A DNA stretch of 63,514 nucleotides, counting the filler, from Octopus bimaculoides (Eukaryota): assembly GCF_001194135.2 (NCBI RefSeq). It is 4 parts of 4 records of this genome, joined end to end, with 100 filler letters (N's around TTAATTAATTAA, not from the genome) between each part and the next. Parts side by side here need not be neighbours in the genome. Positions count along the whole stretch, not along the records: positions 26,257 to 49,026 come from NC_068991.1; positions 49,127 to 61,559 come from NC_069002.1; 2 more parts are not named here. The stretch is one strand, 5' to 3'. A program made the translations under genes and the position numbers. The notes beneath the pieces are model-generated. The model had not been told where the DNA came from. It worked only from the letters and a program-made list of their open reading frames with translations, and did no database searches. How positions within the stretch are numbered: the stretch's first letter is position 1; each line of letters begins with the position of its first letter. Shown one piece after another: positions 35,750-49,495 of the stretch.

Positions 35750-35829
<80 letters not shown>

Positions 35830-35929
35830 AGCATTCTATATCATTTGTATCATTTCACGTTATTTAGGTTCACTCAGCTGAAAATGTGTACCAATAACAG
35901 CTTGGATATTAACACTGACTGACTGGAAT

Positions 35930-36830
35930 TTATTTACTAGGGAGTATTGTTCGATCAGTCATTATATGCTCAGGAAACCCGTGTCTAATAATGGGGCATA
36001 TAAGCCCTTGGCGGAAAAAAATGTAGGTTTTCCCGTAGGAGCACTTCTGTAACATCTTATGCCATCTCTGAAATTTACAGAGATATCTGAAAGGATTTTG
36101 AAAGTCGCTGGTTTCATGTCTTACACGTTTTAGGAGAGGCTGTCTTCTTGCATCAAGCCTAATATCCGACATTTTGAAAGCAATCAATGGCAGTCCAAAT
36201 TGTAGAGCGAGAGTAATCCAGCAGTTGTTGAAATCCACAGCTTGAATTCTCATCGTGGTTTTTAGTGCAATTTTATTACTAATTGTATCTAAATTAATTC
36301 ATGGGAATACGAGAGGTAATCTCCCCACTCACATTGTTAGACGAGCTGAATATTATCTGGTTTGGCCTATATAGCAATGTATACTGTTTACGTTGGTTGC
36401 ATAAAATTAATCAATGAGGTTATCAAGTTCTTTCGATGTCTTGTCTTTTATGTATTTCATGTCATTAAGAATACGATCAACATAATACAGGTAAGTTCAT
36501 CTAGTATGGTATCGTCATTGTATTTGTATAGGTTATTTAGTCCAAGACTCTGGATCTTTCACCAGGTGTTTTGCTTTTATTTTTGTCAGGTGGTGGAAAT
36601 CTCATGTTGACATTAATATATGAACCCAGCTGGTTTTTGACGGCACTCGAAGCTTGATTTACTGTTTTGAAATCCTTGTAAAATGAAAACTTCCCTCCTA
36701 GTTCTCTAATACGTATGGACTTCATATTAGACTTAAAAACATCGTTAAATTTATGCGATCAACGTCACGGGTACATAGTGCTTCCTCAATGGATATGCTA
36801 GTCCCGATGATTCTGAAATCTATAAAGCCA
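35930..36830 (-). pseudogene. Possible decayed gag-like ORF1 of a LINE
   Basis: Minus frames GLNNLYKYNDDTILDEL, DRILNDMKYIKDK and knuckle-like RCYR..YGK..FRQGLICPI..H..EH; motifs split across frames. Confidence 0.35.
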
Positions 36831-36844
36831 TCTCAAGGGTTCTT

Positions 36845-37072
36845 ATTTCTTTATTGCCCACAAAGGGCTAAACATAGAGGGGACAAACAAGGACAGACAA
36901 AGTAGTTAAGTCGATTACATCGACCCCAGTGCGTAACTGGTACTTAATTTATCGACTCCGAAAAGATGAAAGGCTAAGTCGACATCGGCGGAATTTGAAC
37001 TCAGAACATAGCGACAGACGAAATACCGCTAAGCATTTCGCCGGGCGTGCTAACGATTCTGCCAGCTCGCCA
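36845..37072 (-). mobile_element. SINE family C, full-length, CpG-retaining
   Basis: Reverse complement ggcgagctggcagaatcgttagcacgcccggcgaaatgcttagcgg..gttcaaattccgccg..tail agccctttgtgggcaataaagaaata. Confidence 0.9.
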
Positions 37073-37974
37073 AGCCATCTCAAGGGTTCTATCTCGTTGT
37101 GGGTATTGAGAGAAAAGCAATTAGCCTATTGAGGAAGAAACTCAGTGTTACTGTACGTGGAACAATAAGAGAATGACTCGACGGCTTTTCTTATCAAGAG
37201 AGGAGTTAAAACAGAGAAAAAAAGAGCAGTAGGGAACATCAGGTGCAACAACAACAACAACAACAACATTAGATTCCAGAATCTTGTCTTCAGAGCATCT
37301 TTCGTTGCAGCTGCGGAGATAGAGGGAAAAATCTTCTACTCTACCAATAATTTACGACCAGGGGACCAAGGAACTCTCTCTCAGTCGTAGCGCCTTATTG
37401 TTTCGAGTAGATGAGCCGGAAACAATAGTTGCAGAGGAATGGAAAGCTCTAAGAACAGCTCTCCCAGCGACGCGCTGTTACGGCGCATGCCACCACACTT
37501 CTACTACTTCAAGGGTTGTAGTCCCCTTCAATAATGGGGACCTGACAGATCATTTGAAACGCCTGATAAAGTGTTTGATAAACGGTGTGTCGATTGAGGA
37601 GAATATTTTGCTATTACATGCTGGCTTTGGAGAAAGAAGCAGTATGTATGGCCTTCTTAGGATCTCCCAAACCAGATTGATTGATGCTGTTTCTGAGCCT
37701 TTGTAAATTAACACCTGCAGGATAAATCAAGAACAGGGGTTTGGAATTCAAGAGAACCAAGGTTCTAAGAAGGAACGAAGGAACAGTCGATCCTAGTGCA
37801 CTAGAGTTATTAGTGGGGGATCTAAGGGGAGGCATTGGACATAATAAGGGCGATGAGAGGATCACAGACAAGTAGGTCCGGAATGCCTGAGTGGTGGTGG
37901 TGATGGTATGAGCCGAGTACTTTCCATGGAACTGGAACTATCATCATAGCGGAGAAACAATTATATTATAAGAG

Positions 37975-38140
37975 ATAAAGTAAAGTTCCTTCTTGAGTCA
38001 TATAGGCTTATAAGGGCTGGTTTCCCGGTTTCCATGGCGTGTGAATTCCTCACCTGGACGAGACACTGATCCGTCGCAGTGTTTCTCATTTTTCCAGCTG
38101 AGTGGACTGCAGCGACGTGAAATGAAGTGTTTTGTTCAAG
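37975..38140 (-). mobile_element. SINE fragment (core + tail, head lost)
   Basis: ccagctgagtggactgcagcgacgtgaaatgaagtgttttgttcaaga. Confidence 0.55.
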
Positions 38141-38315
38141 ATCTCAACTGAAGAGAGAAAAATCCGAATGACCTGTCCGTGTTTTCTTTGTTTCGTCTAT
38201 CTGTATGTTTTGTCCCTTTCTCGTATCACCTAACTGTCTGGATGTTTTGCGTCCTTGTCCCATTCTGTATTATTTATACATATATATATATGTAGCAGCG
38301 TACGTACATCTTGTC

Positions 38316-38747
38316 TCATATATATAAAGCTATGCACACATTACCACAAGTCCCGTAAAGCCATTTGTGATACACTTTCTGTATGAATGAACAGTTAATC
38401 GTCCTCCCTACCATAACCCCTTTCTTCTTGTAATATAAGATAAACTTCAATATACAAACGGGTACTTTTATAGTCAAGCCTTCCCTTGTCGTCTTTCCCA
38501 TGTTACATAAACGCAGACACCCCCCTTCCCTCCCTTATAAAATTCCAAGGTCACAATTTTACGTTTTCATTAATCTGCGGGTTGGGTAAAACGGAGTCTA
38601 TAAAGTTGCATATATGCTGTATACACCCTTTAAAAAAAATTGTGACATTGTACCCGAGTAAAGCGTTGTTATTGTTATTATTATTATTTTTTTTTACATT
38701 GAATGCCACTTTATGACCAAGGCGTGTGCTTGCCCGAGCTAGTCTAG
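38316..38747 (+). mobile_element. Non-autonomous Helitron-like element
   Basis: 5' TCATATATATAAAGCT; 3' GC-rich ggcgtgtgcttgcccg then CTAG|T at 38744-38748. Confidence 0.5.
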
Positions 38748-39006
38748 TCAAACAGAAAGTACACGCACCTTTGTCTACTGTATACACGTGTAAGAAAAAA
38801 AAACCCATATATATATCTATATATATATATATATATATATATAATNNNNNNNNNNNNNNNNNNNNNNNNNNNNNNNNNNNNNNNNNNNNNNNNNNNNNNN
38901 NNNNNNNNNNNNNNNNNNNNNNNNNNNNNNNNNNNNNNNNNNNNNNNNNNNNNNNNNNNNNNNNNNNNNNNNNNNNNNNNNNNNNNNNNNNNNNNNNNNN
39001 NNNNNN

Positions 39007-39043
<37 letters not shown>

Positions 39044-39569
39044 TATATATGTGTGTGTATTATATATCTGGGTTATACATATAGCAAACAAAAAAAGAGA
39101 AGGCCGACTAACAAAAGATATGATAAAACATAAAACACTTATAACATTTGGTAAAATGATTAATGAGCGGAAAAACGAAGTTTTCAAAAAGTGTGACCAT
39201 TTCCTTGCCGTCTATTAAGATTCATAGAATAATCTAGACTTTCGCTAAAAGGAGACACGTACTTAACATCAGGATCGAATTTATTTTTAGATCTGATGAA
39301 ATATTGCTGTCTATTGCGTCAGAGCGCATGTGCAGAGACTTTTTTTACTCTTAAAAACTATGCTATATCTTTTTTTCTTTTTTTTCTTCACAGATCCTCT
39401 TTTGTTATCGTTCAATTTACATCTCTTTTTCCTTTTCTTTTTCTCACGGCCCCTAACTTATTTCTCACTCTTTCTCTTTCCGTCTGTCGGCCTATCTGTC
39501 CATCTATCTGTCTGTCTATCTCTCATTTACACGAACCAAACAAACACTCACTCCTTCTCCCGTCCTCTC

Positions 39570-39602
<33 letters not shown>

Positions 39603-39819
39603 ATCTGTCAAGGTTGGATCTAACTCCCCCTTTCTCACGCACTCCGTCGTGTTCTTTCTAAGTCACTCTCCCCATTACCCAGTTCACTCCCTTCCTCGCC
39701 ACTTGACACGTTTCTCCTTATATGCTAAATACATTTGATAAAGAAAAAAAACTACAAATACTGGCATGCGGATCTACATTTTAAAGTGCACACACGCATA
39801 CATGCACACATAAGTACAT

Positions 39820-40236
39820 ACATAGATACATAGATACATACATACATACATGTACACATATATATACACGCATACATACATACANNNNNNNNNNTATATA
39901 TATATATACACACACATACATATACATAAACAAATATATATGCATATATATGCATGTAAGTACATACATATAAACATGCGTATAAATGTATATATATCTA
40001 TGTGTGTGGTTGTGTGTGTGTGAGTATGATTGTGTGCGTCTGTGTGCGTATATATATACACACACATATATATATGTGTATATGTATATATATACATATA
40101 TATACACACACACACACACATATATGCATGCATTTATGCATGTATATATATATGAATGTATGCATATGTGCATATAAAACATATATTTATACATGTGTGT
40201 GTATATCCATGTATGTATGAATGTATGCGTGTGTAT

Positions 40237-40293
<57 letters not shown>

Positions 40294-40331
40294 GGAGAGA
40301 GAGACTTATATACATATATATATATATAGAG

Positions 40332-40398
<67 letters not shown>

Positions 40399-40434
40399 CA
40401 GATAGATAGATAGATAAATAGATAGATAGGTAGG

Positions 40435-40482
<48 letters not shown>

Positions 40483-40500
40483 GAGAGATAATGAGAGATA
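39820..40500. repeat. Compound microsatellite block, representative of dozens in the window
   Basis: (TACA)n, (TA)n, (CA)n, (GA)n and (GATA)n in series; most N-gaps are flanked by such repeats. Confidence 0.95.
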
Positions 40501-40951
40501 ATGACTTGTCTTGATTCTTGGTTGGTATTTTGCTCTCCGCTGCCAGTACTTAATTAAAGACACGGCGATGAAGCTTCACATTTTTTATTAAAGAAATGAG
40601 AAAAATCCTTAATGAATGCTCTTGAACTGGAAATCATGTCTTTATTAATAGCAACACACAAAGTAAAAATCAGCACTCACGTACCACACACACACACACA
40701 CATTGTGTGTATCCATATATGTGTACCGATCTATATGCATATATAATACATGTATAATATATATAATATATAGAATTAACTATATGCGTGTTATGTGTGT
40801 GTACACAAGCATACATACATATTTATATACGTGTATGTGTACACACCTTTACACACGCATATATCGCATATATGCATGTTATATCTATACATACGTGGTT
40901 GTGTGTATATACGCCTATATCTACCTACCTATCTATCTATCTATCTGTCTA

Positions 40952-40991
<40 letters not shown>

Positions 40992-40993
40992 CC

Positions 40994-41090
40994 TTCCTTC
41001 CCCCTCCCAAAAAGAAAAGCTCTACATTGTATTTGTCCCATCTTCGTTGAGCCCTGTGTGGCTAATAAAAGAAATGTATCTGTCTATCTT

Positions 41091-41123
<33 letters not shown>

Positions 41124-41596
41124 ACACACATGCTTCAAAAAAAGATGGGTGAATGTAGCAAGGATGGCACGTGTGAACGACGGAGCCATCTTGAACATAA
41201 CCCTATAAACTAAAAAAAAAACAAATCCAAGAAAAAAAAGAAAACAAAAAGGCAAAAGAGAGTCACTTACTGTTATAGTTTCTTCAATGAGAATATTGAC
41301 CAAGGTTACCGTGGTCTTTTCCGTAGGCTTTTCTTTCCACGGCCAAACCTAAACTGTCCTCCCCTCCTTTTACACGAGAACATTACTGTGTGATACACGA
41401 TCCCTATTGATCGCCCTTTTTTTTTCTTTTTTTTTTGTTTCTGATCCTTTTTGATCGAACTACCCCCTTTTCCTTCCTACGATCCCTTTTGATCGACCCC
41501 CCTTTTTTTTCCTTCCCCCTCCCAAAAAGAAAAGCTCTACATTGTATTTGTCCCATCTTCGTTGAGCCCTGTGTGGCTAATAAAAGAAATGTATCT
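40994..41596 (+). repeat. Identical 88-bp direct repeat (40994-41081, 41509-41596)
   Basis: ttccttccccctcccaaaaagaaaagctctacattg..gccctgtgtggctaataaaagaaatgtatct in both. Confidence 0.9.
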
Positions 41597-42098
41597 ATAT
41601 ATACACACACACATACATACACACATAATATATTTCTAAGCACACACACCATTTATATATATACTGATGGATATCCGTCGGTTTTGACGATGACGATTAG
41701 ATGTTCAATCAAGTGAAACATGAAATCATTCAATTAAAATTTAAATGGCTGAGTACTCCATAGACAAGTATAACGTTAACCTACTGTTCCAACAGACTCC
41801 AGGTGACACAGTAAACGACAAGGCAGTATCTTTGAAACGCAGACGCAATCTATCCCAAGGGCTTCTTTATAGTCGCCGTTCATTCACCTGCACTCACATA
41901 GTAAAGTATGGATCGAAAAGAGGATACTGAGAAATTTCCCAGGATCTTTTCTCTTTGGCTGTCATTTTTCAGTTTCTTTAAATCTGGTTCCAATTGATTT
42001 CATGTTTGGCGTATAAGTGTAGTTTTGTGAGTAAACCATTGACAAGAAATTCATTTTCGCCATATATTAATAAATAAAATTTAATTGCTTTTAAAGCA

Positions 42099-42156
<58 letters not shown>

Positions 42157-42966
42157 NNNNNNNNNNNNNNNNNNNNNNNNNNNNNNNNNNNNNNNNNNNN
42201 NNNNNNNNNNNNNNNNNNNNNNNNNNNNNNNNNNNNNNNNNNNNNNNNNNNNNNNNNNNNNNNNNNNNNNNNNNNNNNNNNNNNNNNNNNNNNNNNNNNN
42301 NNNNNNNNNNNNNNNNNNNNNNNNNNNNNNNNNNNNNNNNNNNNNNNNNNNNNNNNNNNNNNNNNNNNNNNNNNNNNNNNNNNNNNNNNNNNNNNNNNNN
42401 NNNNNNNNNNNNNNNNNNNNNNNNNNNNNNNNNNNNNNNNNNNNNNNNNNNNNNNNNNNNNNNNNNNNNNNNNNNNNNNNNNNNNNNNNNNNNNNNNNNN
42501 NNNNNNNNNNNNNNNNNNNNNNNNNNNNNNNNNNNNNNNNNNNNNNNNNNNNNNNNNNNNNNNNNNNNNNNNNNNNNNNNNNNNNNNNNNNNNNNNNNNN
42601 NNNNNNNNNNNNNNNNNNNNNNNNNNNNNNNNNNNNNNNNNNNNNNNNNNNNNNNNNNNNNNNNNNNNNNNNNNNNNNNNNNNNNNNNNNNNNNNNNNNN
42701 NNNNNNNNNNNNNNNNNNNNNNNNNNNNNNNNNNNNNNNNNNNNNNNNNNNNNNNNNNNNNNNNNNNNNNNNNNNNNNNNNNNNNNNNNNNNNNNNNNNN
42801 NNNNNNNNNNNNNNNNNNNNNNNNNNNNNNNNNNNNNNNNNNNNNNNNNNNNNNNNNNNNNNNNNNNNNNNNNNNNNNNNNNNNNNNNNNNNNNNNNNNN
42901 NNNNNNNNNNNNNNNNNNNNNNNNNNNNNNNNNNNNNNNNNNNNNNNNNNNNNNNNNNNNNNNNNN

Positions 42967-43057
<91 letters not shown>

Positions 43058-43540
43058 CAGTACGCTACCTTCGAAGTCATATACAATATCGGTATACTAA
43101 CCTGGAAAAGAAACTATATTAGATTAACTATAAATGAAAAGTAAAAAAAACAAACAAAAAAAACAATCCCATCAAACATTGATATCAGAGAATAATGGTA
43201 GACGCAGACAAAGGAAATATATCTTTGAAAGATTGTACAAAGCTATCAGCAACGTACGATAAATGTGAAGGAATACAATAGAGGCAGATATAGCAAATAT
43301 TTCGCTAATATAAACAACACACCAAGCAACAGGAATAACATTGAATGCATTCTTCAATAGAAACTGAAATTTTATTGAATAATGTAGGCTACATCGCACG
43401 CAGCAGTTTCATATGTGTGTATGTATGTATGTATGTATGGAGTAGTTTAATGAATCATCTTCTGGCAAATCTAGCAAAGGGAGTGAAACAGTTGGTCATT
43501 GAATCTGCTTTTGATGATAGTACGTTTTGGCACTGGAGGG

Positions 43541-43586
<46 letters not shown>

Positions 43587-45081
43587 AGATATGTATATAT
43601 AGATATATAGAGGAGAAATAGAGAAAGACATTACACATAGAGGAAACATAGCTAGATGTTCATACTCGTAAAGAGAGAGTTGGCGTAATGTTGGGGGAGA
43701 GAGGAATAATGAGAGAGAGAGTGAGAGAGAGAGAGAAGAGAGAGGTGAGTGGAAGAGAGAGGTGAGTGGAAGAGAGAGAATGAAATAAGCATTAAAACGG
43801 GAGACATTAAAACGCTTGATGTCAAACAAGTCAGCGTCGAATTAGTGACACCGAACAATCGGGGCCAAGACGGCTGTGACAAGGCGGCTGTGGCAAGTCG
43901 TCTCGTATCCTACAGGAAATCATCAACCTAGAACCAGATAAACCAACATCCTTATATCCTTTAAAACATATTTTCGCTGATGGATGAGTAATTTTCTCTT
44001 GGTCACGGAATTTTTTACAATAGTTACATTAACTACCTCTTCTTTTGCAGCTTCGCACGAAATGTCTCCCAGTTACGCACCTGTATTACTGTAGGCCTGT
44101 TCCTTCTTCACAGTGGTGTCATTTCAAAATCTGAAGCCCGTAGCCATTTTGTTTTACCACTTCCTAATCAATATTTTCAATGGTTTCTTCATTGAAACCT
44201 CCTAAAAGTAGCAAGAAGTTGGTTTAGACCTTCTACAGTAAGAGTCAACCGATTCTTCATTTATACCATTTCCTTTCTAGCAACCGCAAGCTTATTTGCT
44301 TGAAACAGGTCACAATCTATTAAAGACAGGTTTCTTTAATAACCCATTGGAACACATGGACAATACTTTACACACGATTTCATTCCTCTATCACCCGTCC
44401 AACCTTTCAAATTGACATGATCATAAACTCTATTGGGTAGTCATTCTTCAAGTAGTATCTTGCTTTTTTAAATAAGACGACAGTTTTTCGTTATCAGCAC
44501 AGCAATATAAATCATCTGTGCAGTGTGTCAACTCATAGTCACATGTCTTCAGTCACACATTAACAGCTTTGGATTCTACCATCTTGTTTAATGGTAATTC
44601 AAACGGCGAAAGGAACTTTGTTCATATTTGTTATCTGTGAAACTACTTCAAACGTCAGGGGGAATTCGTTGATGTTTGTTATCTGTGAAAGTTCAAAATT
44701 AGTTTTCTTATCTTGCATTGACCAAACAATTGTAAAGTTCAGCAATTATATATCCATATTCAGTGGGTATCTTTTGTGCCATTTTTCTTCTCTCGCAATC
44801 ATGCAGAGGTCTGCTCCTACATCTGGAGCACCATGAATCTGATCCTCTAAAATTATTGATGACATTCTTCAGTGTTGTTAGTGAATAAACATTTTATTGA
44901 AAACAGAAATATTCAAACTCCATTAGTCTGCCACCCATGTGCTAAATTTTTCTAATTCTGATCGCTTGACAATTTCCTTCTGGGGACAGTTGTTTTGTAT
45001 GTTCAGCAGCGTTCTACTGATCTTGTTTCCCTAAGGTCATTACCATTTAATCAGTTGGTACCAAAACAAAATACCACTCAC

Positions 45082-45111
45082 CAGCACCATAACCATGTAC
45101 TGTCGAGTCAC
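45082..45111 (-). CDS. Candidate 30-nt microexon of an unidentified host gene
   Basis: Minus: ttcatttcgatttttatag|GTGACTCGACAGTACATGGTTATGGTGCTG|gtgagt; frame-preserving; reads (G)DSTVHGYGA(G) or VTRQYMVMVL. Confidence 0.3.
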
Positions 45112-45667
45112 CTATAAAAATCGAAATGAAATTCAAGACTATTGCAATCCTTTCGTAGTTTTCAGATTGATATGAAATTTATAGGAAATTAAGAATATAT
45201 ATTAAGGGAACACCAAAAATCAACCTTACCAGTGATTATAGCCACGTGAGACTGTACATGTGAGTATGTGCGGTTTCTTGATATCTCGGTAGAGAATTTT
45301 CAATAGGAAACTCGTATTTTTAACGATAATATTTTATTACCAGGATGTAATATCATAGCTATTGCTGTGTTTGGTATTTACAATGATAGTAACCCATGTC
45401 AGAAGTTGTCAACATTCTCTTAATCATTATCAGAGCATTTTTCTTTTTCCAGTAGATAACAAACAAATGCTTATTTGAGGTAAACACAGTTGTCAAATAA
45501 ACTTAAAACCACGTCCAAACACATACTGCTCACTAAGTGTCGAATTTCTTGAAGAGTTAAATTTCATGTTAGAAACTAACTTGTTATTGAATACGTGTCT
45601 ACAAGTCAAGTGCTTAAAGTAGTGTTGTACAGATTCACACTTCATATCAGTTGCATATTTCGAAGAC

Positions 45668-46152
45668 GATGAGCTAGCAGAATCGTTGAGCAGAATCGTT
45701 GAGCAGAATCGTTGAGCAGAATCGTTGAGCACGTTGGGCAAAATGCTCAGCGGCATTTCATATGTCTTTACGTTCTGAGTTCAAATTCCATCGAGGTCAA
45801 TTTTGCTTTCATTCTTTCGCAGAAAAATTAATCAAGTACCAATTGAGGCCTAGGATCGATATAATCGATTTACTACCACCCTTAAAATTGGTGGCCTTGT
45901 GCCAAAATTAGAAACCAATACTAATGTATATTTAAGGCAGTGAGCAAGCAGAATCATTAGCACAACGGCTGATATGTTTAGCGGCGTTTCGTCCTTCTTA
46001 AAAGTTCTGAGTCTATATATTCCACTGGGATCGACTTTTTCCCATCCTTTCGAGGTCGATAAAATAAGTACCAGTTGTGTACTGATATCGATGTAATCGA
46101 TTTATTCCGCTCTACTGACATTGCTGACCTAGTTCGAAAATTTGAAATCAAT
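45668..46152 (+). mobile_element. Two tandem SINE family C copies; the first has a 13-bp unit repeated four times in its head
   Basis: (cagaatcgttgag)4 at 45678-45729; second copy begins ggcagtgagcaagcagaatcattag near 45935. Confidence 0.85.
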
Positions 46153-46470
46153 ATATTCGTATAAGTAGAATTCTGGGTCTACCAGTATCGTCAGTTCAGC
46201 TAACATGGATAATAGGCTCCTTAACCAGTTGTCTCGTGACATTCAATAGCTGGGGATGATCTAAACTAGAATCGATAAATGTTCTGATTGCTGCAGACCA
46301 ATGTCACAAGGCGCTGGTTAGCCTGAAGCTGAGTTTGAGAACACTTGTCCTAGATACCACGCAATGGATCTGAAATTGAAACTAGGTTATGGCAAGCAAA
46401 ATTCTTAACTCGAAAGTCAAGTGTTTGACCATACATACTTATGTGTATGGGCACTTATATGTATATGCAG

Positions 46471-46557
<87 letters not shown>

Positions 46558-46840
46558 NNNNNNNNNNNNNNNNNNNNNNNNNNNNNNNNNNNNNNNNNNN
46601 NNNNNNNNNNNNNNNNNNNNNNNNNNNNNNNNNNNNNNNNNNNNNNNNNNNNNNNNNNNNNNNNNNNNNNNNNNNNNNNNNNNNNNNNNNNNNNNNNNNN
46701 NNNNNNNNNNNNNNNNNNNNNNNNNNNNNNNNNNNNNNNNNNNNNNNNNNNNNNNNNNNNNNNNNNNNNNNNNNNNNNNNNNNNNNNNNNNNNNNNNNNN
46801 NNNNNNNNNNNNNNNNNNNNNNNNNNNNNNNNNNNNNNNN

Positions 46841-46903
<63 letters not shown>

Positions 46904-47406
46904 TATAGACGCATATATATACATATATTTGAAATTTAATATATAGAATTCGTTATACGAAGAAACGCAGTATGCATTAACACAAATATAAATGTTATGT
47001 ATTGTAATGTGTCTCGCATGTATCTCTAGATATGTATGTACATACGTACATATATATATATATGCATGATGTACATATTTGTACACACACGGATATATAT
47101 GCGCATAAATGCATATAACTATGGATGCTTGTATGTGCAGACGTACACATACACTCATATACAATGCAAATTTTAAAAAATAGGTAGTCAAACCAATGGA
47201 AAAAAACCAACATGGAAAGAACACAGCACGATATCCAAGGTAGACCTACTCACATGTGTATATTTTTCTATAAACACAACTTTAACCCACTACACACACA
47301 TACACAAAAATGTGTGTGTATCTAAGTATATACATACAAACATACATACATACATACATACATACGTACATACGTACATACATACATACGTACATACATA
47401 CATACG

Positions 47407-47485
<79 letters not shown>

Positions 47486-48209
47486 ACATATGTATGTATA
47501 CATGAGTTCGTAAGTTTAAGTGAATATATATNNNNNNNNNNNNNNNNNNNNNNNNNNNNNNNNNNNNNNNNNNNNNNNNNNNNNNNNNNNNNNNNNNNNN
47601 NNNNNNNNNNNNNNNNNNNNNNNNNNNNNNNNNNNNNNNNNNNNNNNNNNNNNNNNNNNNNNNNNNNNNNNNNNNNNNNNNNNNNNNNNNNNNNNNNNNN
47701 NNNNNNNNNNNNNNNNNNNNNNNNNNNNNNNNNNNNNNNNNNNNNNNNNNNNNNNNNNNNNNNNNNNNNNNNNNNNNNNNNNNNNNNNNNNNNNNNNNNN
47801 NNNNNNNNNNNNNNNNNNNNNNNNNNNNNNNNNNNNNNNNNNNNNNNNNNNNNNNNNNNNNNNNNNNNNNNNNNNNNNNNNNNNNNNNNNNNNNNNNNNN
47901 NNNNNNNNNNNNNNNNNNNNNNNNNNNNNNNNNNNNNNNNNNNNNNNNNNNNNNNNNNNNNNNNNNNNNNNNNNNNNNNNNNNNNNNNNNNNNNNNNNNN
48001 NNNNNNNNNNNNNNNNNNNNNNNNNNNNNNNNNNNNNNNNNNNNNNNNNNNNNNNNNNNNNNNNNNNNNNNNNNNNNNNNNNNNNNNNNNNNNNNNNNNN
48101 NNNNNNNNNNNNNNNNNNNNNNNNNNNNNNNNNNNNNNNNNNNNNNNNNNNNNNNNNNNNNNNNNNNNNNNNNNNNNNNNNNNNNNNNNNNNNNNNNNNN
48201 NNNNNNNNN

Positions 48210-48557
48210 GGGGCACCTTGGGCAAGTGTCTTCTACTATAGCTTCGGGCCGACCAAATCCTTGTAGATGGAAACTGAAAGAAGCCCGTCGTATATATGCA
48301 TATATATATATGTGTGTATGTGTGTTTGTGTGTCTGTGTTTGTCCCCCCCCCCAACATCGCTTGACATGCGATGCTGGTGTGTTTACGTCCCCGTAACTT
48401 AGCGGTTCGGCAAAAAGTGACCGATAGAATAAGTACTAGGCTTACAAAGAATAAGTCCTGGGGTCGATTTGCTCGACTAAAAAAAAAAGAGGTGGTGCTC
48501 CAGCATGGCCGCAGTCAAATGACTGAAACAAGTAAAAGAATAAAAGAATAAAAAGAA
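48210..48557 (+). mobile_element. SINE family A (head in gap), CpG-retaining
   Basis: ggcaccttgggcaagtgtc..gaagcccgtcg..cgtccccgtaacttagcggttcggc..(taaaagaa)n. Confidence 0.9.
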
Positions 48558-48954
48558 TATGCATATGTATGTATATATATATACACGTATATATTTGTGT
48601 GTGTATGTATATATTTGTACACACACACACACACACATACACACACACACACACACACACATATAGCGATGCATGCATGCATGCATACTTGTATGGACGA
48701 TGTATAATATAGCCCAGCATACTTCTAACCAGTTCAGTGGGTATGTTATCATAAAAGAACCGAAACAAGGGCAACACCAACAAGAACAAAATCAAAAATA
48801 ACAACAACAATAATAACAAGAACAAGAGGTGCGGCAAGAAGATCAGCATTTTTAACACAGTTTCAGCGCGCGTGTGTGTATGTGAGCGTGCGTGTGTGTA
48901 TGTGTTTTACGTTCAGTATTATTTCAAGGACACTTTGTCATATCTCTATCTAGC

Positions 48955-49026
48955 GTCGTTTAATCCTTGGCACTCCGTCGGCTACGATGACGAGGGTTCC
49001 TGTTCATCCGATCAACGGAACAGCCT
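48955..49026 (-). mobile_element. SINE family B 3' tail (cut by spacer)
   Basis: ttggcactccgtcggctacgatgacgagggttcc..ggaacagcct matches 59942-60002. Confidence 0.8.
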
Positions 49027-49126
49027 NNNNNNNNNNNNNNNNNNNNNNNNNNNNNNNNNNNNNNNNNNNNTTAATTAATTAANNNNNNNNNNNNNNNNNN
49101 NNNNNNNNNNNNNNNNNNNNNNNNNN
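49027..49126. other. Artificial scaffold spacer
   Basis: 44N-TTAATTAATTAA-44N. Confidence 0.95.
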
Positions 49127-49175
<49 letters not shown>

Positions 49176-49453
49176 AAGCCTGTGTGTGTAGAAGCCTATG
49201 TGTGTGTATGTGTGTGTGTTATAGTAGTAGTAGTCAATGGATCCTACATCAGCTGTGACAATTAGAATTCCAGCTGTGTGTCCAATGGAACTGCTTACAC
49301 ATTGGTCTATATATTGTATAAGAGGCTGAAAATTCCAGACACTGGCACACTTCACGTAACCCTAAGGCAGACTCTACATGACACTCAATGTTTGTGTGTG
49401 ACAAGAACAACTCTACAGTCCATTTGACAGGCTTCCTCACAGTTTCACATCAC

Positions 49454-49490
<37 letters not shown>

Positions 49491-49495
<5 letters not shown>

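Noticed and set aside
37270-37890. Possible R4/Dong-type restriction-like endonuclease C-terminus on the minus strand (PDLLV, SALGS..NLGSLEF)
   Set aside because: Motif spacing is too short and split across frames; cannot be supported without a profile search
41271-41348. Minus-strand 78-nt segment ending in a gtaagt donor
   Set aside because: Acceptor is purine-rich; no other support
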